Assembly: GCA_963693365.1 (NCBI GenBank)
Contig: CAVNZM010000014.1
Span: 1,798,001 to 1,862,000, forward strand
Origin: Amoebidium appalachense
Taxonomy: Eukaryota > Protista > Ichthyosporea
Direction of reading: 5' to 3'
Length of the DNA: 64,000 nt
Shown here piece by piece: positions 53,516-64,000 of this stretch. Both the position numbers and the translations under genes were made by a program. The number at the start of each line of letters is the position of its first letter. The first letter of the stretch is position 1. The notes beneath the pieces were generated by a model. That model did no database searches and was not told where the DNA came from. It worked only from the letters and a program-made list of their open reading frames with translations.

Positions 53516-53717
53516 GTCTACCGGCAGCATTTTTTATATATTTTTTTCCCAACTTTTTTTTTTTTTTTTTTTTTGCCCCTTATTTTTTCCGATGTTTTTT
53601 TCTCCCTTGGTTTTTCGCAGGATACTCCTCATTCTAGCTGTGGTTCGGTGCGTACTTGGAGTGGGTTGTTTTTGGTTTGTTGTTTTTTCCTTTTTCTTTT
53701 TTTGTCCCTTTTTTTTT

Positions 53718-53748
<31 letters not shown>

Positions 53749-53775
53749 CCTTTCTCTTTTTTTTCTCCTTTTTTT

Positions 53776-53814
<39 letters not shown>

Positions 53815-54110
53815 AGCAGCATCGGCCCGAGAGTTGACCGTTGAATGAATCTTGAGTACAGGGCACACAATGAGTGCTTTGCACAAAACGTACAAACACC
53901 TATGTTATGTACCTCGACTGGCCGTGGTCGCCCTGTGCTTTAATTTCCACCAAATAATTCAGTTATGTATTTCTTTCTATTTTTTGCATTCGTTCTGTGA
54001 TTATGAAGCTATTTCTTATTCTTCTGCTGGTTAAGTGTCCCTGTTTCTCTGTGTGTGAGAGAGACCGATGAGGGAGGTTGGTGGTTGTGTGTGTGGGTAT
54101 TGGTGGTGGT

Positions 54111-54183
<73 letters not shown>

Positions 54184-55173
54184 ATAAAATGGATGCAATT
54201 CTTGTCTAGCATTTATAGTGTTATTGTTATGATGTTAACAGGGAATACAATGGCATGGCAGGAGGAGAAAATCGAGTCTCTGATAAAGACGACACAAGAA
54301 TCGATGAATCATTACCCGGTCTTCCCCCCCCCCCCCCCCCCCCCCCGGGGCGATTTTCCATGCAATTTCCCCACGACCTGCAACAACCTTTTTCCCACCA
54401 TAAATACCTGTGTACACGAAAACTTTTTGGAAACTGGATTATACATGTCTTGTCCAAATGGAAAGGCAAGTGTACGTCGCATGCAGGCCTGCCGTGCATG
54501 CACTCATTCGTATAAAAGCATAAGATGTGCAATGTGACACCTGGCCACACGAACACACACCGTCTTTTTCTTTTCAATTGCTCTCTGTTTGCCCGTTTCT
54601 CCCCCCTCCCCCCCCCCCCCCCCCCTTTCGGCGGCCCGTTTCCCCCCTCTCTTGCTATGGTGCACGCAGGTATATCCATGCATATTCCATTGCCAGCAAC
54701 ACACACGCACATGCACACACGCGTGTGTACACAATGTCAGCCGCACGTGTGCGCACACCAGGCACACACTAAACACAATCAAGCTCCACACACACTGTGA
54801 CACACACACACACACAGTGATGGATTTTAAACATGCACACGGCTGCTCAGGCCTGTCTAGAACCCACACATCCACGGGGACACCATGGGCCATGCCAGGC
54901 ACACACATTTACACATGCGCATAATGAGTTCTCGATCATACCAAAGTTTAGTTTTTTTTGTTTTTTTTTTAAGTTTTTTTTTTATCCCGTTTTGTTCCCG
55001 GAGGGACGTCGACCCCTAAGGCTTAAGCTTGGGCCCTCAGGGGCCGGGGAACTACCGTCTTCCACCCAGCACCGACAGTGCTCTAGCTAGGGTGCTTCGG
55101 TATTAATAATACCAAAGTTTCGTAGCCTGATAGAGGCTTTTGATCAGTAAGAATTAAACACAGTATTTCCCCC

Positions 55174-55204
<31 letters not shown>

Positions 55205-55308
55205 AAAAAAAAAAAAAAAGAAAGAAGGAAAAGAAAAGAAAAAAAAAAGCAAAAGAAAGAAACCTGTATGATTTTTGAATTCAAAAAACTGCCCGGGCCG
55301 TGAATGTG

Positions 55309-55353
<45 letters not shown>

Positions 55354-55500
55354 GTGTGTGGGTGGGTGAGTGGGTGGGTGGGTGCAAGGGTGGGTGGGTG
55401 GGTGGGTGGGTGGGGGGAGGGGGGGGGAGTTGAGAACGTTGTACTGTAACTCCCGCGTGCTCGGAGTGAGTCCCAAATGTACGTGAAGCACCGGGCGAGA

Positions 55501-55531
<31 letters not shown>

Positions 55532-55667
55532 ACTAACTTCGGGCAGCACCATGGGGAGGGTGAGTGGGTGGGTGGGACAGGTGTGGGTAGAGGACGGGTG
55601 GGGGTGGGGAAGGGGAGGGGGGGGGCTAACATTACAAACTCGGAACAAGAACAGGTGCATTCCCCTC

Positions 55668-55728
<61 letters not shown>

Positions 55729-56700
55729 CACCACCACCACCACCACCACACACACACACACACACCCCGAAAAAATTTGTAATTGCTACATGTCACTCCC
55801 GGGTTCCCTCGTCCCCCCCCCCCCCCCCCCCCCCCCCCCTCCCCCCCCCCCCCCTCCCCCCCACCAACCACCACCGCCTCATCTCCCAGCTAACTCGATC
55901 AGGAAGCTGGCGCCATGTCATGCAGGGAGGGGGGAGAACGGGTGCCAGTGTGGGGGGGGGGGGGGGAGGGGGGTGGACTACCAACTTCCTGGGTGCTCCC
56001 CCCCTCCCGGCCACAACTTGCCCTTCCAGCCGGCTCAGCCTGAGCGCCATTGGTCCCCTCCCACTTATCCACACCCTGTCCTCTCCCTTCCTTCCCACCC
56101 ACACGCAGTTGCGAATAAGGGAATTCTAGATAAATGCCAACTCCGTTAACCCACACTTGCAAGACAGTGCCGTTTGTGTGCGCTTGTGGTTTGAACGTAG
56201 AGCAGAGAATACGAGGAAAATTCACTTGAATGATGACACGTTTTGGCCAGCAAACTTTGGTTTCAATTTTTATTCTTCTTAGGTGGCTTCATTGCAGTTA
56301 GGTGGACGTGTACTTAGTCTATGTACAAATGGTTTTAGTGGCATTAATGGGATTGAATCGTAACTTTCACTCAGTTACATAATAGCTTCATCAATAAACA
56401 TGGGAGTAAAAAGGGAAAAAAAACATCAGACTGTCTTTAGTGCTAGGGCCAATCATCAGGTGCCTGCTTCCAGAGCAGTGCAGTGGTAGTTACTTAACTA
56501 ATATATATACACGCAGCCTGGTTGGCTGGTACTGCGTAATTACATTAATATCATCCATCACTTTTTGAATATTTAAACCGGTTGGATAATCTGCGGCAAG
56601 CGCACGTCGGCCTGTCCGCCTTTTCTCTCTCGTAACATATCATACAGCTGATCAACAGTAAACTTCATCAAAAAAGGTTTTTAGGACATTAGGAAAACAT

Positions 56701-57489
56701 TTAGGCGCAAACAAGGATATCATCGAACACCGCGTATTGGTCGTCGCTAGGAGCATACGACCTGGAGTCACCGCCAAAGAAGGTCACAAATTGGAAGGTG
56801 TCGATCTTCAACCCGCCGGTCTTACGGAACATAATCCCTTCCTGGTCTTGTGTCTGCGAGTTTCCGACCCACCCCTGCAGGCCTCCGTTCTTGCTCTTTC
56901 CACTGTTCAAAATAATGCGCTGGGAAAGACGCATCCACTCCCCATCCTGAACAGCGGTGCCCCAGTCATAATCATCACCGTAAGCATTCGCCTGGCCTGG
57001 GTGATAAACATAGCTGACGAGACGCCCATTCTCGCGCCACATGAGACGGGAGGAGAACCCATCGTATCCGTTGGAGCTGCGGAAACCCGTGTTGCATTGA
57101 CCACCGCACACACCAGGCAGCTTGCCCCCATTCTTAAAGTCAAAACCACCCTGGAACTTTACACGGTAGCTGATGTACACTTCGTCCGTGCTCGGCAGGT
57201 CCACGGCAAACCAGAGAGTAGCCCCGGACCCGTACTTGCCCGCGGGGTATTCGATTTGAAGACCGGCACCACTGTAACCTTGCACGATTTTTGTGTTGCC
57301 GAAAGCGTGGTTGGTGCGCTCAGTTTTGAAGTCCCTGTAGAGGGCGCTGGCAGAGTATTGCGAGCCGATTTTGTTGTCATCGAAATCCACGGAGATAAAG
57401 GGGCGTGTGCCACCCACGCAGCCACCGGGGGCGGCGCTAACTTGCACGAGAAGGGCCGCAACAGCCACGAAAGCCAGAGAGGTAGCCAT
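56701..57489 (-). CDS. Secreted polysaccharide lyase, PL14-like (alginate-lyase type), 262 aa, intronless
   Basis: Signal peptide MATSLAFVAVAALLVQVSA. Motifs YPAG.YG, SYRVKF..GFDF.NGGKLPG, GFSSRLMWRENG, YVYHP, TFFGG. Confidence 0.88.
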   Translation of the reverse strand: MATSLAFVAVAALLVQVSAAPGGCVGGTRPFISVDFDDNKIGSQYSASALYRDFKTERTNHAFGNTKIVQGYSGAGLQIEYPAGKYGSGATLWFAVDLPSTDEVYISYRVKFQGGFDFKNGGKLPGVCGGQCNTGFRSSNGYDGFSSRLMWRENGRLVSYVYHPGQANAYGDDYDWGTAVQDGEWMRLSQRIILNSGKSKNGGLQGWVGNSQTQDQEGIMFRKTGGLKIDTFQFVTFFGGDSRSYAPSDDQYAVFDDILVCA

Positions 57490-57569
57490 GTTTATGGTTG
57501 AAAGTTTACTGTTTGAACTTTTGGGTTCGTTGGGCTGTTGTTCTGGCGTGGTCAGTGGGTGTGTGGTCC

Positions 57570-57730
57570 TTTATACCTTTCTGAGATCAATAATTTGGGA
57601 TAGCCAATAAGACGGGGTCTCTGCTCGCCCCGGCCCCAGGGTCAGCCAAGGGAGCCAATCATAACCCGACCTGCTATTAAACCAATCAAAAAAAGAGATA
57701 ACTGGACGCAGATCTGTTCGGGTAGCCAAT
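57570..57730 (-). promoter_or_regulatory. Putative promoter of the lyase gene
   Basis: TATAAA on the minus strand at 57570-57575 and four CCAAT boxes at about 57605, 57655, 57681 and 57726. Confidence 0.55.
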
Positions 57731-58795
57731 CATAATTGATCAGCGGGAGCCTTTAAGAAGCGCAGTCTTACAGCGCCACGACTCACGTGCGCGCTATCTT
57801 GCCGAGATGGTCGTTGGGACTATAAGACAGTGATATACGTTTGCACGTTGTCTTCCCATAATCTGTCCTATATCGAAAACAAACAATATGCATGGCATAT
57901 GATTCGCACACGAGAATTTATAGCCCTTTTTTTTTACCACCCAGAAAGTCGCTGTCGTGTACATGTAGCTGCTGCCCCTGTTAGTTTCAGTATCAACTGC
58001 ATGTATGACGCGAACATGCACGGAAGTAGCATCATGCATGTACGCGATAATAAAATAGTAAAATGACGACATGTCGTTATGATACCAACAACAAAATGGG
58101 ACAGGTTCTCAATGAACTTCTCATCGATGCGTGGCTTTTGCTTTTGCCCTGTTGATTCACATCCACGTGTGCTTGTAGTACTCAATCACCAGTAGTTAGT
58201 ACCTCGTCCCACTTTTTCACTTTGTCCATCACGGGCCCGGCAGTCACGGTGATCGATCGGTAAGAGAGGGAGAGTCTCAGAGGCTCGAGGCGTATACCGG
58301 CCATGGCCAGGCCTATCCGGATAAACGTTTTTTTTCCTGATCATGATAGCGATCGTAGACGGGAGCCGGGTGCAAGCTGGTACCGATGCACCCGAGCTCC
58401 AGCTTGCACGCGTGTATACGTCGTGATCATCATAATAATTATCTAGTGAATGGCCTCGCCTGTGTGAGACTGATGTCTATCTATGAATGACATACATGCA
58501 CATCTACACACGAGCATGCAGACGCACACATACGTAGTGTCACATCCAGTGTCACACACACACACGCAAACATATGTGCACTATATTACTGTAGTAGACT
58601 ACTGCAGCTGTCACGCGTACGTACGCCATGACCGACGACGTGACCGTGTGGCACGATGAAAGTATTGTAGTAGCACGCACACATTTCACGGCTTCATAGA
58701 CACGCACACATGCACACGACATAACACACACGCACGCACACACACACACGCGCGCACACACCGTGGCACACACGCACGCACGTGTACACACACAC

Positions 58796-58886
<91 letters not shown>

Positions 58887-61464
58887 TTACACTCACACGT
58901 ACTGACGGTGTGCACGCGCTGCGATGAACTTTACGTTCGCTGCAGACGGGTCTCGCGACCGCGTGCATGCTTTCTGTCGCGGCGCCTCGACGGTTCGATA
59001 GAGTCCAGTGTTCGCTGAATGTGTAAGGAAAAATAAGGAGCCATCTCAGTAGGTGGCAGACATTTACAGTAGGTTGTAATATTATTATTGTAGTGGCAGG
59101 GCTAAGTTGATCACGGGCATGCGCATCATCTCCGGCGGCCCCGCGGGGCCGGCCGGCCGGGCCCGGCGAACTTGTGCATGCGAGTTGCTGCGAGCGTCTT
59201 ACCGGCGCAAAATTTTGAAAAAGATGTACATGTGCGGGGCAAATGCAATATATGCAACAAATAGCTCCTATTTATAAACAAATTTAAAACTGATTCGGTA
59301 AAACCTGATAGAAAGACAAATGGCTAACTCTGCTGCCACAAAAACTGCTGCCACACTGCGTGCAGGAGAACGGTGCATGCGCGAACACTTTGAAACTACT
59401 GTGACGGTTACCTGACTCTTGCGCATGCGGGCCCGGCCAGGGTTCAACTGAGGGTTGGGTCAAAAGTTCGAAATTACGAAAAGAAAGGTGGGCCGTTTGG
59501 AAGACTTTGCAAGGCCTCGGAGCACGAGACGCTTACACACGTTTTCAAGATTTTATGAAACTTGCCAAAAAAAAAGGGGGGGGGGGGGGGGGGGGGGGGG
59601 GGGAATCAGTCAACATGGAAATAAGTTATCAATCTCCAGGCTTGATGGTGCTGGGCAGGTCCTTTTTGAACCACACTCTTTTGCTAGCCCCTTTATGGTC
59701 GTATCATACTATCTTTGGCCGGGGAATGGGGCATAAATTCCGGAAAGATTGGTAATTTAGCCAAGGTCATATCGCACCCTGTTGGCGCCAATGGCCAGGG
59801 TTTGCCTTACGAATCGTATTGGCCCAAAATACGATTAAGCATAGGGGCCAATACGGTTAACACTGTAGGGTGCCGTTTTCAACGTTCGTATCAACTATAT
59901 AGGCTCCAAGCCTGTAATTTTATGTCTTTATATATGAAAAATGAATGATTTCTATAAAAAAGTGATCTGTTGGTATTTATTGAGTTTGAACCGAAGAATA
60001 TGAAGCCCTGTTTTCTCTTTCAGGGTTCCATATAATTAGTGAATTAAAAGCTTGTACGATATTGGTATCTCAAAGTTACAAACCGTTGGGGTTTTACAAG
60101 TCTATATTGAAAAGTACCCCACCAATACGATTAAGAATTTCTGACAATACGATACCATTTGAGGTAAAACGATCAAGGCGGGCAACCCCTGACTTTGGCG
60201 CTTTCGGCCTATTGGATCTCCAGTAGATCACATTTTGATTGGATCCCGTTGGCCAATCGGTATGGTCCAATCCCCCACCCCCCGGCCCCCGCATGGCCGC
60301 CACCGTCACCGCCAGATCCTGCCATGTGGCACGCAAAAGCGATCACAAGAAGGAACTCACTCCCTGAAGGATGATATACATATATATACATGTGCAAGTG
60401 GCACTGAAAATAGAGTCGGGGTTACGAAAATATGCACCGGATTCCCGAAAAACCACTATGATAAAAACGAATTTTAAGCCCCCATGAAACCTTCTCATCA
60501 TAACAATTGTTCATCTGCATCATTACCTATCTTTACGGTCCTCGATCATGCTGGTCATGACCGGAACCCTCCCCTCCTGTTATCTGGTTGGACTCGACGT
60601 CGGGCATATGCATGATCTACCGGCACAAAAACACTGCACTTGCATTGCTGAAAGTTGTAGCCTACGTAGGTATTCATTGAAGCACGGCAATGACGGCATC
60701 CTCACGCTGAATACCAAAGAAAAGCCGTTAGCTGTTGGCTGCAGAGTGCACTTTGCAGTGCCGTGCACTCAGTCAGTGCACTGAGCACTCACTGTGAGGC
60801 TGCACTCGGACAAACGCTCACCCAGGGCTAACGCGGCGCCTCACCGAAAGCTTGCCAGGGCCTAGTTTATAGTGTTGGCAACTTGATAAATACTTTCGTC
60901 ACAAATATTTTGTGTGCGAGTGTGTAAGATGACACGGCATATGGTACAGTACACATCCAGTACCCTGTACACGTGAGTGTGATACGGGGAAGTTCTCAGA
61001 ACTGAATTCGAATTCGAAATGTGCCCACACACACATTGTGACACTGCCAGCCAGCGAGAGGAATAATATTAAATATGTAGATAGGGCTTTAGCAGCATAT
61101 ATATCTACAAGTGTGTATGTATGTAATCGTCACCCAGAGATACAAAATAGGGGGTGCACCCTTCAATCAAGACCAAACAAAAACGGTATTTATCTTACAA
61201 GCTGCGTGTGTGTCACACTGTGTGGTCCACCAACTATCTATCGATGATCATCATGCTGGGCCTCGGGGGCACATGGGCAAGTGTACACCAGCCACAGGTG
61301 ATCAAGAATGTGAGTGAGCATCTAATAATCGTTGAGGTCTTACCATTCAAAAATATCACGTGTTATAATTAATATTACTGTGACGCTCAACGATTGATGA
61401 TAGCCTTCTTAGATCCTTTGGGTAGAGGTGTTACACTGAAAGTAGTAACACAATGTTATATCCT

Positions 61465-61502
<38 letters not shown>

Positions 61503-61560
61503 CCCCGCCCCTGCCGCCCTGGCCCTCTTCCGAAACACGTGTCCGCCGCGTCTCTCTCTC

Positions 61561-61627
<67 letters not shown>

Positions 61628-61636
61628 GATCTCTCG

Positions 61637-61772
<136 letters not shown>

Positions 61773-62656
61773 ACTCTCCCGCTCTCTCTAGGCTCTCTCT
61801 CTCTCTCTAGACTCTGTGAGACTCTCTCTCTCTCTCTCTCCCCTCCCCCCCTCCCCCCACCACCACCACTCTTTCTCCCCCTCCCTCCCTCCCTCTCTCT
61901 CTCTCGACTCTCTCCCCCTCTCTTCCCCCCCTCCCCCCCCCCCCCCCCCCTCTTTCTCTCTGATCATATCTCGTAAAAAATCTCACTCACTAGTAAATCT
62001 CCGTGTGTCTCTGTCTGTCTGCTCTAGATATAACTTACTGATATGATAAGTTTCTCTCTCTCTAGGCCTCCCTCCCTCCCCCTACCCCACCCCCTCCCCT
62101 CTCCCTCCCCCGGGCTCTCCCCCGGGTCACTCTCTCTCTCTCAAATTCACCCCTCTCTCTCTTTATATTTTACAACTGGTAAGTGAACGAGGGTAGATCT
62201 GCAAGATCTACTCTGTTCTACAGCTCCTGGGCTGTTGTAGGGCTCGTTTAATAGTATTATCTGCTTCGGCCGACCCCCCCCCCCCCCCCCCTCCCTGCAG
62301 CTCCCCCCCCTCCCCCCCTCCCCCCCTCCCCCCCTGCCCCGTGGGTGGACTGGTGGTGGGGTGGGATGGGATGGGGTATGTGTGTGTGGGGAGAGGGGGG
62401 GAAGGGGAGCCTGGGAGGGAACAAGGGGGCAAAAAATACACTATGTGGATGAATTGTATTTTACTTTCACGCAGCCGTCCCAGGCCGCATGACACACACA
62501 CATCAATTGTACTACACTGGCACACACGTACACACCTTGATCTGCACAAGTTGTACACAACAGCACCGTGACGATACACACAGACACACACACACACAAC
62601 ACACACACTGTGACACACACACACAACACACACACACACTAGCACGCACACACGCG

Positions 62657-62687
<31 letters not shown>

Positions 62688-62735
62688 AGCGGGGGGAGGG
62701 GAGGGGGGGGGGGGGGGGGGGAGAAAGAGCGAGAA

Positions 62736-62778
<43 letters not shown>

Positions 62779-63137
62779 GGGTGGGAGGGGGTGGGTGGGA
62801 GGGTGGGTGGGAGGGAGGGTGGGTGGGGGGGGGGGGGGGGGGGGGGGGGGAGGGAGAGAAAGAGAGGAAGAAAGAGAGAGAGTATTCATACACCCGCAAC
62901 GCAGCACGTGCAGCACTTGTAGCTAGAACCAAAAATACACATGCACACCATATCTGATTCAGACCAACTTGTGGCAAGGGCAACCACACACGATGATTTT
63001 TTTTCACCTTCATAAGACTCTTCAGCGTGTTATAAAGTTCGAAGCTAAAAATATATACTATAGTAAATGTAAAACGATAAATAATAATAAAAAAAGCTGT
63101 CGGATGCTCAGGTTTTAAGTTGAACCCGGGCTTTGCT

Positions 63138-63173
<36 letters not shown>

Positions 63174-63307
63174 CCACCTTTATTTCCTTCCACATCCTGG
63201 GTGCCTAGGTACAACCTAGGGCTTATAATTTTAGGCGCATCGGTCTTACAAAAGTGATCTATCTTATTAGTGAACTACCCTTAATGGTATACGAGAATGT
63301 CACGAAG

Positions 63308-63341
<34 letters not shown>

Positions 63342-64000
63342 TTCCCCTCCCCCTCCGTCCCCCACCCCCACCCCTCTCCCCCCTTCCCCCCCCCCCACCC
63401 CCCCCCCCTCCTCCCCCCCCCCCCCCAAAGTTGGGGCCCCCGTTTGATTCGGACACTGCCACTCTGACGCGCGCACACTGGCACCAACCGTGCACCCACA
63501 CACTGTGACATGCGCACGTGTGTACGTGTGTTGCATGTCCGATCGGCAAAAATGTGCAGATGTCACAACACTACACAGTATGCACTTGTTACTGGATAAC
63601 TCGTGATGTTTTTTTTAATTATTGCCTCCTAAGTATGCCATGCATACTTGCATGTTTCCGTTAAATAAATTCAGTCAAAAGAAAACACTACACAGACACA
63701 GACAGCACCAAACCGTTCCCACATTGAGTGTCACTTTAGGGAGGCTGTTTTGCGTCCGTTTTTGATATGTCATAGTGGCTCTAAGTGTCACCTGTTGATT
63801 GGGCCTGATTAGTATCGTGGCAGTGGTAACTCATAAAGGCAGTGCAGGCAGAGTGTGCACGTGACCGGGAATTTCCACATATATATAATCACTTTCGTGG
63901 TGATGGGAATTTTTATATAGTAGTATTGCCATGAACACTGGGGGGGGAAAAAATTAACTTTTATAATTATGATAACTCAAGCTTTGTCATAGACGTGGCA

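Noticed and set aside
58370-58409. 11-bp inverted repeat gtgcaagctgg/ccagcttgcac
   Set aside because: Too short to assign a function without other evidence.
60740-60810. Cluster of TGCACTC (metal-response-element-like) motifs
   Set aside because: TGCAC is very common in this sequence and no adjacent gene was identified.

Overview
Eukaryotic nuclear DNA, not prokaryotic. It has GT-AG spliceosomal introns packed with (GT/CA)n, (CT/GA)n, (TAT)n and long G/C homopolymers, and almost all ORFs in the supplied track are low-complexity artefacts. The animal-like CTR9 suggests a unicellular holozoan or other opisthokont, possibly ichthyosporean-like; this is inference only. Genes assembled by hand: a 2-exon stand-alone NRPS-like A-T-TE enzyme (973 aa, minus strand) whose A domain lacks the amino-binding Asp; a head-to-head MsrB/MsrA pair, each with an apparent +1 frameshift in exon 1; a 31-exon CTR9 (1056 aa); an intronless secreted PL14-like lyase; and two small orphan ORFs. 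Mobile DNA: a complete tRNA-headed SINE with a 15-bp TSD, two degenerate LINEs (one broken up by microsatellites), a pogo/Tc1-type MITE and a 169-bp foldback. CTR9 introns contain partial exon duplicates that could splice in frame, and several acceptors lack a polypyrimidine tract.
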